DNA from: a virus
DNA length: 64,000 nt
Virus record (IMG/VR): IMGVR_UViG_3300035698_018280
Coordinates: 1 to 64,000 of that record
Direction: 5' to 3' (one strand)
Part shown: piece by piece, positions 1-8,311 of the stretch
Layout of the letters: each line of letters starts with the position of its first letter
Numbering within the stretch: the stretch's first letter is position 1
Program-made: the position numbers and the translations under genes
The notes under the pieces: generated by a model
What the model saw: the letters and a program-made list of their open reading frames with translations, nothing else
Told to the model about the DNA's origin: nothing
The model's database searches: none

Positions 1-39
1 ACAGAATTGCTATTGACAGAATTATTATTGACAGAATTG
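1..39. repeat. 15-bp tandem repeat, at least 2.6 copies, possibly continuing outside the window
   Basis: acagaattgctattg / acagaattattattg / acagaattg. It encodes NSVNN/NSVNS in the partial minus-strand CDS. Confidence 0.75.
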
Positions 40-311
40 TATGATTCTCCCGAAAGAAGCGAGTCTTGTAAAACCCAGGATCTCGGCGAAAACAATCCAT
101 TTATTTGCAACCGCTTATATGCTGTTTCAAGTAAATATGGCGGAACCTCAACAGTCCTAGCCAGATCTGAAAGTCTTGAGTTAGAACCTCGAAGATAAGC
201 CAGTATCATGGCAACTCCAAGTCCTCCATCCCTATCATCTGGAGACGATGCTGGTCCGCACCAATCAAGACCGCAGACTGTATTGACTATCCGTTCGTAG
301 GTTTGATTCAT
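1..311 (-). CDS. Partial CDS (runs off the window edge), probable winged-helix DNA-binding protein
   Basis: Not in the ORF track. My translation from ATG at 311 (GAGG about 10 nt upstream) stays open to position 1: MNQTYERIVNTVCGLDWCG...RLSDLARTVEVPPYLLETAYKRLQINGLF, which resembles a GntR-like HTH. Confidence 0.55.
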   Translation of the reverse strand, partial: MNQTYERIVNTVCGLDWCGPASSPDDRDGGLGVAMILAYLRGSNSRLSDLARTVEVPPYLLETAYKRLQINGLFSPRSWVLQDSLLSGESYNSVNNNSVNSNS

Positions 312-366
312 TTTTATCTTCCTCATTCTATGCCTATCGAACTATTAGGCGTTTAGGCTTATACCT

Positions 367-1017
367 TCACGCAACTATTTCCATATACCCGATGTCTAAC
401 ATACATGCGTTGGCATACAGCTTGTTTGATTCTTTTACATGTTGCCCCATACTCTTGCCAGGAAAACTAAAGAAGTGCATTTGTAAATCACTTAGCGATT
501 CAACTAACTCTCTGAGCATCGAATTACCAACTGAACTTCCGTCATTTTCTTCATCTAATATTCCGTAGGGAGGTAGTCTTGTAATTAGAATATTTGTTTC
601 CTTGGGAACCATATCTAATGAACCTTGATATGCTTTTTCACTCAATGATATAAATGATTTTTGATTTTGAACAATGTTCTTATTCGACATTGTAATCCAA
701 GGAGTAGCATGCACAATCATTCCGTCTATAGTTGTTGTTTCGTCTCTCAAATAGATACCATTGAAATGATGTCCTATAGAAGGTTCTAACATAGAAACGG
801 CAATATCAGATTGACCAGGCGATATTACTTTTTGCTTTGCAGGAATGGTTTTCAACCATGGATTAAATGAATGTTCCATCCATTGTTGCTGATTGATTAA
901 TCCCGGCATTCCATCATTAGTAGGCGGGCAAAAATTACCGCAATGAATAAATAAGTCAAACTCATCTGTTATGAGAGGTAAGTGGCCATATGTATCGCTA
1001 GTTAGCGCAACTCGCAT
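367..1017 (-). CDS. Calcineurin-like metallophosphoesterase-fold protein (MPPED-like) with degenerate metal ligands
   Basis: Motif spacing matches the family but the ligands are replaced: SDTYG, IHCGNF, PGQSD, LITRLPPYGILD, HFFSFP. Confidence 0.75.
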   Translation of the reverse strand: MRVALTSDTYGHLPLITDEFDLFIHCGNFCPPTNDGMPGLINQQQWMEHSFNPWLKTIPAKQKVISPGQSDIAVSMLEPSIGHHFNGIYLRDETTTIDGMIVHATPWITMSNKNIVQNQKSFISLSEKAYQGSLDMVPKETNILITRLPPYGILDEENDGSSVGNSMLRELVESLSDLQMHFFSFPGKSMGQHVKESNKLYANACMLDIGYMEIVA

Positions 1018-1056
1018 TTGGTTTCTCTGTTGCAGACGCTAACACTAACGCTATCG

Positions 1057-1494
1057 TTAATCTGGTGTTACAAGCTTCATATTGTTGATAGCGGAAGATT
1101 CCGCAGCATTAGGAACAACTAATTCCTGCTGCTGTTGTTTCTTTTGCATCTCTTCCATAGCCGCCTGCTGCTGACGTTGTATTTCAGCATCAAGAGCCTT
1201 GACGCCTTCTTCGTAGTTTGCCAATGCCTCGCCAGGAGTATTTGCATCAATGGAGAATCTAGCATCAGATGGAATGCCTGACATCCCCATTGGACCAGGA
1301 ACAGCGTTGACAACTGATACAACGCCAACATAACGAACTCTCGGCTCGCCGGTAGCTTTAGCTTCCAATTCTGTCATCTGTGCTCCATCGTCGTTGCACA
1401 AGGTCATTTCTTCGATTCGTTCCCCTCGGGTTCCCGCAAAATTTCGAAGGCTGCGGAGATAACTAACTGCTGTTTCAGGTGCTTGAACGGACAT
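1057..1494 (-). CDS. Hypothetical protein with a Gln-rich C-terminal coil
   Basis: 145-aa ORF with a GAGG RBS upstream; no recognised motif. Confidence 0.7.
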   Translation of the reverse strand: MSVQAPETAVSYLRSLRNFAGTRGERIEEMTLCNDDGAQMTELEAKATGEPRVRYVGVVSVVNAVPGPMGMSGIPSDARFSIDANTPGEALANYEEGVKALDAEIQRQQQAAMEEMQKKQQQQELVVPNAAESSAINNMKLVTPD

Positions 1495-1533
1495 GTGTTT
1501 CCTCTCTATATGTCTATATTGGTTCGTCTTGAG

Positions 1534-1539
1534 TATCGG
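1534..1539 (-). promoter_or_regulatory. Recurrent intergenic CCGATA motif (putative promoter element)
   Basis: Minus strand reads ttttttagCCGATA-like, about 40 nt upstream of the ATG at 1494. The same core occurs in several other intergenic gaps. Confidence 0.4.
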
Positions 1540-1570
1540 CTAAAAATTATTATCTTCTATTGTATTCACG

Positions 1571-1888
1571 CTAAAAGCATTGACCTTCTTCTAATATTTC
1601 ATCATCGTAGTCTTCATCAATAGAAAATACCTCCTCTGGCACTTGTGCAACCGGAGAAGGCATTAGATGATACTGAATTCCTTTAGGTTTCTTTTTGCTG
1701 TCATATAAGATCTGGCAATCATTAAACAAATGTTCCATCGTGATTGAATCATTTGCATCAACAATAAAGCTACATTCTTTACGAGACATTTGGACGTAGT
1801 TTATTACCGCATGTATATCTTCAAACTTAACGATATCTGTTGCTTCATGCGGGAAATTTTCTTGAATCTTTGTCCTTCGTCTAGGCAT
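1571..1888 (-). CDS. Hypothetical protein
   Basis: 105-aa ORF with a GAGGAG RBS and an acidic C-terminus. Confidence 0.7.
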   Translation of the reverse strand: MPRRRTKIQENFPHEATDIVKFEDIHAVINYVQMSRKECSFIVDANDSITMEHLFNDCQILYDSKKKPKGIQYHLMPSPVAQVPEEVFSIDEDYDDEILEEGQCF

Positions 1889-1922
1889 AACATATTCTCC
1901 TCATTCTTACCAGGGCCTATAT

Positions 1923-1934
1923 ATTATACATCGG
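1923..1934 (-). promoter_or_regulatory. Putative promoter CCGATGTATAAT
   Basis: Perfect TATAAT directly preceded by CCGATG, 35 nt upstream of the ATG at 1888. Confidence 0.5.
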
Positions 1935-1969
1935 AAATGTGAGAAGCCATCACTGAACGATACACGCAT

Positions 1970-2620
1970 TTAGACAAATTTTGCGAGGAAGAAAACTTCT
2001 TTTAAACCAGATTTTGCGCCTTCAGCCTCTTTTCTAGCTGAATGAAACCTATATCCACCCATTATTATCTCAAAATCTCCTAATGAAGAAAAATCATCCC
2101 AAATCTCAGGATACTTAGAAGCATCTTTGAAATAGTTAGTATTCTGAGCAAACTCTGGATGCATAATATTGAAAACGCTGGGATGATTGGCGTTTAGTTT
2201 ACCCTGCCTAGGTAAAGAGATAAAAACACCCCTCTTACAAGTTTTTCTAATCTGAGATAAAACCGATTCAGCATCCCACATATGTTCTAATGAATGAGAC
2301 GAGTAAGCAACGTCAAAGCATTCGTGCCCGAATTTATCTCCAAGATCATGAGCGTCAATTGGAAGAACGAGCTTATTATTATTGTCTGAAATATCAATAC
2401 CTATTGCATCATGGCCTCGGTTAATGAAGGACATAACTTCAGAATCATCGCGAGCGCCAATACAGACAATATTTAATACCAGGCCAAACGCATCTGAAAT
2501 ATTAAAAATATCTTCAATTCTCTTAGGTTCAAGAGATTTTGTTATACGAGATTTATTACCAGAATGCTCGCTCTTTTGCGCAGCAAGATAATCTTCATAC
2601 GGTACTTCAAGTCTCTTCAT
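1970..2620 (-). CDS. Class I SAM-dependent methyltransferase (Methyltransf_11-like)
   Basis: VCIGAR, AIGIDI and FDVAYSSHSLEH motifs. Start moved to the second Met (2620) to shorten the overlap with the upstream gene. Confidence 0.75.
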   Translation of the reverse strand: MKRLEVPYEDYLAAQKSEHSGNKSRITKSLEPKRIEDIFNISDAFGLVLNIVCIGARDDSEVMSFINRGHDAIGIDISDNNNKLVLPIDAHDLGDKFGHECFDVAYSSHSLEHMWDAESVLSQIRKTCKRGVFISLPRQGKLNANHPSVFNIMHPEFAQNTNYFKDASKYPEIWDDFSSLGDFEIIMGGYRFHSARKEAEGAKSGLKEVFFLAKFV

Positions 2621-2885
2621 TTTGCTTACGCCTAATTTCTCCAATACGATCATTGGAGTTCAGAACCTCTCGCAGCAAGGCTGGCTCGTACCCTAGATGG
2701 CTGGCGGCCTCTACTAGGGCAGAAACATCTTTTGGAAAGCAGTTATGACTTACAATTCCTGTTCCCTGTTCAATCCAAAACAAATCATCATTCATTGGAT
2801 TATCATCTTTACTTTCAAGATGAAGATTATACACTTTGTCGTTGAATCGTTCTTTTGATATGTTTGTTATTTTCACGGTATTCAT
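2607..2885 (-). CDS. Split intein C-half (48 aa) fused to the C-terminal extein of UDP-glucose dehydrogenase (44 aa)
   Basis: MNTVKITNISKERFNDKVYNL (block F-like), then GIVSHN|CFPKDVSAL, with penultimate His, terminal Asn and Cys+1. CFPKD is the Ugd catalytic motif. Own AGGAG RBS at 2893-2897 and an ATGA overlap with the endonuclease stop. Confidence 0.9.
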   Translation of the reverse strand: MNTVKITNISKERFNDKVYNLHLESKDDNPMNDDLFWIEQGTGIVSHNCFPKDVSALVEAASHLGYEPALLREVLNSNDRIGEIRRKQNEET

Positions 2886-4022
2886 ATGCTTACTCCTAAC
2901 TTGATAAGATCTTTTTTGAATAATACTCGAATTTCAATATTCGGATTATGTTGTTTTATAGCAGAGAATTTTGTTTCATCATAAAAATATTCAGCTTTTA
3001 CATCTGCGTAACATTTCCATTTATCTATCCAGAAATCAGGATAGTAGTTTTTGTTTATTCCATTTTTGATATAAGGTATCCGCCCTTTGTGGCATTTGAA
3101 ACTCAGGTTATTTGTGTCTAACCAATTTATAAATGCTAATTCCCATGTTCCTTGTACCTTGTATGTCTCTCCATTTGAATGCTTGTAATCATACCATTTA
3201 CACTGACCTACTCTAACTCCGTCGAACTTTCCATTTGCCCAAGCATCTGCCGTATTCTTGGCTATCCTTTTTCTAAGTTCAGGGTCGTTGCGCATTCTTT
3301 CTTTTCTGGTGTTAGACATTTTCTTTCTAACATCAAGACGTTTCATACCGTTCTTGTTGCCAGCATTTATCTTTCTTTGTTTCGAAGTCTTAGATATTTG
3401 CTTTGCTAACTCAGGGTTTTTCTGCCTCATGATCTTGAGAGATTCAGACATTTTATTTCTATATTCTGGTTGCTTGTTTCTTAAAGATTGCCAGCATCGT
3501 TTGCAGTAATCTTTATCGCAAAGAGGATTCTCTTTCATCTTTTCATGACTGCGCCTGAGTCTGGAGTAGATTACACCACAATCATCACAAGAAAATTCTA
3601 TTTTAGAGTAAGGTTTTATCTTCTCCATCATCGGAGACAGTTGCATGGTTTTCTCCTTCTGCCGCAAAGTGCTTACCCTTTTTAGTACAGAAAAATTCAT
3701 CTGACTCCTTTATCTCTTTAGCTTGAATTACCTGTATTTCTCCATTTCGCAAAACTGGTATAAAATGTTCAGGAGTACATTTGAACTCTCCAGCGTCAGT
3801 TTTAAACACATAAAGTTCACCGTTGTAGTCTCTACAGGTCACTTCTAATATTTTTTTATCATCTAAATTCATTTCGGAATTTACTGATTCAATTACAGGC
3901 GAAAAGTATATATTTTGAGATTTCAAATTTTCTTGTATTTCATACAGCTTATCAATACGATAATTCCCATAAGATGCGGGAATATCGCCTACCACGTTTA
4001 CTAGAGCATCCCCAGTAACACA
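2742..4022 (-). mobile_element. Split intein plus free-standing endonuclease cassette inserted in ugd (IntN 4022-3606, endonuclease gene, IntC 2885-2742)
   Basis: Removing 4022-2742 at the protein level gives PFGGK+CFPKD, matching GFGGVCLPKD of the intein-free paralog at 13143-13958. Confidence 0.85.
2882..3646 (-). CDS. Putative free-standing homing endonuclease: Cys-rich N-terminus, basic NUMOD-like region, C-terminal PD-(D/E)XK (TnsA-N-like) nuclease
   Basis: CDDC...CDKDYCKRC, then RKKMS/RNKMS basic repeats, then VQGTWELAF...YYPDFWI...YADVK. AGGAG RBS at 3653-3657 before the ATG at 3646. Confidence 0.75.
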   Translation of the reverse strand: MQLSPMMEKIKPYSKIEFSCDDCGVIYSRLRRSHEKMKENPLCDKDYCKRCWQSLRNKQPEYRNKMSESLKIMRQKNPELAKQISKTSKQRKINAGNKNGMKRLDVRKKMSNTRKERMRNDPELRKRIAKNTADAWANGKFDGVRVGQCKWYDYKHSNGETYKVQGTWELAFINWLDTNNLSFKCHKGRIPYIKNGINKNYYPDFWIDKWKCYADVKAEYFYDETKFSAIKQHNPNIEIRVLFKKDLIKLGVSI

Positions 4023-4754
4023 CTTGCCCCCAAACGGCTTTTCGCTCTCAGAAAAGACAGCCGTATGCATAGGATTAATGCGGGGATCAAGAAGCCACGC
4101 CTCTCTCAGCTTGTAATAATCAACACCTAGCTTCTTGCAAATCTGGTCAATTTCATAACAGAACGTAACCTTCATTGCATAAAAAGTGTTTTCTACATAC
4201 TTTGAAAGCTCAGCAGTCAAAGTATCGGTTTGATGGTATACCTTTGTCGGTCCAACTACCTTGATAAAGAATTCGACACATGCCTCGGTGTCAATGCCGT
4301 CTCCGCCGAATGCGAACCAAGGCGTTTCCTTGACATCGGTATGAAATTTGTATTCAGTCCAATACTTTGATTCGCCGCAATACTCAGGAGAAAATACAAT
4401 TCGTTTGCCAGTCTCCTCCTTGAGCTTATTAGTAGTCCCAGGCTCGACTGTGGACTTGATAAGGAATAATGGCGCATCAATGGATCGCAAAGCCTCTTCA
4501 ACCAATGACGTATCGCAGAAGCCCTTCTCGTCCTTCGGTGTTGGAAGAGATATAACAACTAGATCGCATCCGTTTGCTTCAGCATAATTGTTAGTTTGAA
4601 TTCTTGATAAACCTTCTGCATTAGTAATTTTGCTATCTGCTGATGAGCCAGAAAATTTAGTATCTACAATGACCAAATTATAATGATCTCCGAAGAACTC
4701 ATCCATTGCCTTCCCAACGTAACCGTGACCGATAATAGCTATTTTCTTACTCAT
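3603..4754 (-). CDS. ugd: UDP-glucose/GDP-mannose dehydrogenase N-extein (244 aa) fused to a split intein N-half (139 aa)
   Basis: IIGHGYVG Rossmann motif, LPTP, IKSTVEPGTT, FSPE, AELSKYVENTFYAMKV, DPRI, PFGGK. These are followed by CVTGDALV (intein block A) and FKCTPEHFIPV (block B TxxH), then a stop. Confidence 0.9.
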   Translation of the reverse strand: MSKKIAIIGHGYVGKAMDEFFGDHYNLVIVDTKFSGSSADSKITNAEGLSRIQTNNYAEANGCDLVVISLPTPKDEKGFCDTSLVEEALRSIDAPLFLIKSTVEPGTTNKLKEETGKRIVFSPEYCGESKYWTEYKFHTDVKETPWFAFGGDGIDTEACVEFFIKVVGPTKVYHQTDTLTAELSKYVENTFYAMKVTFCYEIDQICKKLGVDYYKLREAWLLDPRINPMHTAVFSESEKPFGGKCVTGDALVNVVGDIPASYGNYRIDKLYEIQENLKSQNIYFSPVIESVNSEMNLDDKKILEVTCRDYNGELYVFKTDAGEFKCTPEHFIPVLRNGEIQVIQAKEIKESDEFFCTKKGKHFAAEGENHATVSDDGEDKTLL

Positions 4755-4763
4755 TGTATTTTC

Positions 4764-5294
4764 CTAAATAAGTTCCATTATACCAAACTTGTATTTTTTC
4801 CTATTAGAAACATTTATTATTTTACCTGAGAACCATTTATTTTCTACGGCTTCATTGAACGCTTTCATGCATCCTTCGTAATGTAAATCATCTACTAAAA
4901 TTACGCCATTGCTAGACAGTATTCCCCTGTCTCTAATAAGCCTATATTCTTCTAATCTAAATTTGTAACTTTTCGATCCATCTTGAAATATCAATCCATA
5001 TGAATCTTTACACTCTTTTAGAAAATCTATTGTTGAAGCTGTTATGCATTGGTTATTTTCAGTCGGTTCAGCCTTGAGAAATTTATCAGATATATCTACA
5101 TGGGTGCTGCGTACCTGCATATTTTTACAGATTTCGCAAAACAAGCCTTTTCTATATCCTAGTTCTAAAAATGAATTTGTATCCACAAGGTAGCTATAGA
5201 CCAATCGGACATAACTGTTCTTCTCAAGTAGCGGATCTGCCTTAGTCGGAAAATCTCGTATTAGTTGTTCTATATTTTCAGGTATATTAACCAT
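4764..5294 (-). CDS. SAM-dependent methyltransferase (Methyltransf_24-like)
   Basis: FLELGYRKG, HVDIS, LIFQDG and GVILVDD motifs. Confidence 0.7.
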   Translation of the reverse strand: MVNIPENIEQLIRDFPTKADPLLEKNSYVRLVYSYLVDTNSFLELGYRKGLFCEICKNMQVRSTHVDISDKFLKAEPTENNQCITASTIDFLKECKDSYGLIFQDGSKSYKFRLEEYRLIRDRGILSSNGVILVDDLHYEGCMKAFNEAVENKWFSGKIINVSNRKKYKFGIMELI

Positions 5295-5895
5295 TCTTAG
5301 TAGCCTCTACATAAAGGGAGCATTCTTTATATCTATCAAAATCGCAGTTTCTAAATTCTTTAGAACACTTATTGTATGACATGATAGAGATCTTACTAAA
5401 TCCTGCTTTGCGAAGATAATGGGTCATTACTTCTTCGTTGAAAGCAACGACATGACCGCCTTCTAATCGTCTAGTTTTTGTTTCGTCATTTACGTTATAA
5501 CTAAAAAACCAAGATGATAAATAACTCAAAGGTATATTGGGTAGGAAAGACATTTTTGTAGGATTTCGTTTCGACTTGAGATACTTGAAATCTTTATTGA
5601 CATAAGCTTTTATAGCTATATCTATATCAGGAACAACTAGACGGACTCTCTTGCCAGGAGCAAGCGCTCTGTGAATCTCTTTGAAAACAAAAGGGATTGT
5701 CTCTGGAAAGATATGTTCCATAGTATGAGAAGAGTATATTGCATCAACAGAATTATCTTCAAAAGGTAAGGGCTCCTTCATAATGTTCATAACTATATCG
5801 CAACCTCCCCTAACATCAATTATGGTCCAATCATCAAAGTTCTTACCGTGATTTTTTCTTCCTTTTTGACCGCCAATGTTTATCTTTACTGCCAT
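5287..5895 (-). CDS. SAM-dependent methyltransferase (Methyltransf_11-like)
   Basis: INIGG, LPFEDNSVDAIYSSHTMEH and EIHRALAPG...VVPD motifs. Confidence 0.8.
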   Translation of the reverse strand: MAVKINIGGQKGRKNHGKNFDDWTIIDVRGGCDIVMNIMKEPLPFEDNSVDAIYSSHTMEHIFPETIPFVFKEIHRALAPGKRVRLVVPDIDIAIKAYVNKDFKYLKSKRNPTKMSFLPNIPLSYLSSWFFSYNVNDETKTRRLEGGHVVAFNEEVMTHYLRKAGFSKISIMSYNKCSKEFRNCDFDRYKECSLYVEATKNG

Positions 5896-6857
5896 TTTAT
5901 CATTCCTCTAATATTGTCCGCAGCAACCCTGAGAGACAAATTTTTCCTATAGTAGGAAAAAGGTTCAAACATGCTGCTATTATCGACCATCCGTCTTATT
6001 TTATTTACAAACTGATCAGCAGACGAAAATTCGCCTGTTTCTTGAGTTATATATTTTTCTTTCCAAAATGTAGTCTGATCGGATATCAGCAATGGGCAAT
6101 TGCACGCTATTGATTCAGGTATTACTCTTGGGCATGAATCAAATTTACCTTTACACCATACAATAGAAAACCTAGCCTGCGAATAATAATTGGGTAGCTT
6201 ATGCCTGGGCTTCCATCCTTTGAATTTTATATGCGGATATTTTACTCGCATCTTCTTATCTGATATTCCCACTTGAAGAAGCTTGAGGTCTTTAGGGAAA
6301 TTAGACAGAACAAAATCATGTCCTTTTATACCTTTTGCATGAGTATTTGCGCAAAAGATAGCATCATACGATCTCTCTCTATCTACAGGCTTGAAGATAT
6401 TATCTGCTGCTGGCTTAACAAATAACTCTACTCTATATTTTGGGTTACTTGCAGATACCACCTTATGCTGTTCAGGAGAATCTACTAATACAAGATCGTA
6501 ATCTTTGAATGAAGACTGAGGATTGAATCGTCTACCAGCACCATAATAAACTTTATACGCATTAGGAAACCGTTTTAAGACATGATCATATTGAGCAAAG
6601 CCGCCGCGACATATTATTACATCTGGCGTAAAATTGCTTTTGTATCTGGTGAAATCTGGAATCCATAACTCAGTAAAATTCGGTCTGTATTGAACTTTTC
6701 TTTTATCTCCCCAATACCAAATTTGACATTCGCCATCTCTTGCTATCTCCCCCGCCAACTGAGTCCATACGTCATCGCATGACTTTAGATCATTGAACAT
6801 AATCTGTTGCTTGGGGCGATCAGTCGGTACTTGTCCTCGAAGGAAAAGAAGCTTCAT
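5886..6857 (-). CDS. GT-B fold glycosyltransferase (GT4-like)
   Basis: IKGHDF, FKGWKP...LPNYYSQA and DSCPRVIPESIACNCPLL donor-binding segment. Confidence 0.75.
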   Translation of the reverse strand: MKLLFLRGQVPTDRPKQQIMFNDLKSCDDVWTQLAGEIARDGECQIWYWGDKRKVQYRPNFTELWIPDFTRYKSNFTPDVIICRGGFAQYDHVLKRFPNAYKVYYGAGRRFNPQSSFKDYDLVLVDSPEQHKVVSASNPKYRVELFVKPAADNIFKPVDRERSYDAIFCANTHAKGIKGHDFVLSNFPKDLKLLQVGISDKKMRVKYPHIKFKGWKPRHKLPNYYSQARFSIVWCKGKFDSCPRVIPESIACNCPLLISDQTTFWKEKYITQETGEFSSADQFVNKIRRMVDNSSMFEPFSYYRKNLSLRVAADNIRGMIKWQ

Positions 6858-6859
6858 TA

Positions 6860-7558
6860 TTAATCCTGTTTTTTATGATAATTAGCGTGTACTGAGCACC
6901 TTATATCATCCCATTGCCCGTAATTAGGATCTCTCCACTCTTGTAGCGCAAGCTGTCGGTTTCTTGTCCACGTTATCTCTTTGTCCTTACCAACAGCTTG
7001 TGTTCTTTCTTCATCAGAATGATCTATGCAATCATAGATATCACTAGATATATTTTTATACACTAAGCCCTTGCTCTCTAGTCTCTTTTTATAATCAATG
7101 TCTTCATACCCCCAACCCTTCATGTTCTCATTAAAACCGAAAATACTATGATGGTCCCTAGCGGGTACAACCATTAGTCCGCCATTGATAATTTCCTTAC
7201 GAATACTGGAATCTTCGGCAGCTAAATAATAACCATCTTCAATATTTTCAGTAATATATTCAATAGCATTTGGTTTCAAGCATGTGTCAATATCTAGAAA
7301 AAAGTAATGAGATCCTGGCGTCTGTCGGCTACCTATGTTTCTTGCGTGACTTAGATAGAAATTCTCGCAGCTTCTACAATTGATATGTTTCAAAAATACC
7401 TTATGATCATATTGAGTAAAAAGACCAGATGGATCATCATCGCTGTTATAGTTGACAATAACTATTTCATAGTTATCAGATGTTTGATCTACCCAGGTAG
7501 GCAACGTCTGTTCTATATGCGATCTTCTATTTTTATAAGTTGATATTATAGTAATCAT
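6860..7558 (-). CDS. GT-A glycosyltransferase (GT2 / Glyco_transf_7C-like)
   Basis: ARNIG, FLDID (DxD) and GFNENMKGWGYEDIDY motifs. Confidence 0.85.
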   Translation of the reverse strand: MITIISTYKNRRSHIEQTLPTWVDQTSDNYEIVIVNYNSDDDPSGLFTQYDHKVFLKHINCRSCENFYLSHARNIGSRQTPGSHYFFLDIDTCLKPNAIEYITENIEDGYYLAAEDSSIRKEIINGGLMVVPARDHHSIFGFNENMKGWGYEDIDYKKRLESKGLVYKNISSDIYDCIDHSDEERTQAVGKDKEITWTRNRQLALQEWRDPNYGQWDDIRCSVHANYHKKQD

Positions 7559-7561
7559 ATT

Positions 7562-8308
7562 TTAATTAGTCATTAACTTTTTTACTTTTTCTAAATCGCT
7601 AGCCGTATCTACGCTTATACTATCATATTGAGCATATCTCATATGAATATCAATATCGTTTTCTAAAAATCTTAGAAGACCAATCCCTTCAATAGACTCT
7701 AAGTACGACTCTCCTAATGCTTTATATTGTCTTAGCGCTGCGCCAGAAAATGCATAGACTCCTATTTGTTTATCAATATTCAAATCGTCATTTGATCTTC
7801 TTGTATTTTGCCCAGAATAAGGAATACTGTATCTGGAAAAATAAACAGCCTTCAGGCTCTTAGAAACAACCACCTTTACAACGTTGGCATCGAATAGCTC
7901 TTCCTCAATAACTGTCTTTGTATAGAAGTTGACTATCGATGGAGAATAATCAGCATCTAGTATATTGTGGTCAAACATAGGTTCGTCGCCTTGAATAACG
8001 ATATACCTATCGCCTCCTTCCCCCTGGCTCTCTAGCTTCTCAGCAACCTCTGCAGCACGGTCCAAACAATCGCTATGATCTTCTCTCGTCATGATACATG
8101 GGATACTATACTTTTTGCATACGTCTTCAATCCTGGTATCATCTGTAGCGACATATAAAGATGACCATTTATCCCATTTTATAGCTGATTGATAAACATG
8201 CCATATCATGGGTTTACCCAATAAATCTGCTATTGGCTTTCCAGGAAATCTAGAAGATTTGTATCTTGCTGGTATTATTCCTATATGCTTCATTTCCAAA
8301 TTCCCCAT
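7562..8308 (-). CDS. kdsB: CMP-Kdo synthetase-like cytidylyltransferase
   Basis: IIPARYKSSRFPGKP, YVATDD, IQGDEP, YFSR, IGVYAF, LE..E...LRFLEN and SVDT motifs. Confidence 0.85.
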   Translation of the reverse strand: MGNLEMKHIGIIPARYKSSRFPGKPIADLLGKPMIWHVYQSAIKWDKWSSLYVATDDTRIEDVCKKYSIPCIMTREDHSDCLDRAAEVAEKLESQGEGGDRYIVIQGDEPMFDHNILDADYSPSIVNFYTKTVIEEELFDANVVKVVVSKSLKAVYFSRYSIPYSGQNTRRSNDDLNIDKQIGVYAFSGAALRQYKALGESYLESIEGIGLLRFLENDIDIHMRYAQYDSISVDTASDLEKVKKLMTN

Positions 8309-8311
8309 AAT

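Noticed and set aside
7-198. Plus-strand 63-aa ORF from the track
   Set aside because: It is the antisense shadow of a longer minus-strand ORF (1-311) that has an RBS. Its LLTE repeats come from the 15-bp tandem repeat.
2607-4754. Frameshifted cis-intein or ugd pseudogene caused by sequencing error
   Set aside because: Two independent frame breaks would be needed. Each downstream ORF has its own well-spaced AGGAG RBS, and all splicing residues and the Ugd catalytic motif are intact. It still needs read-level confirmation.
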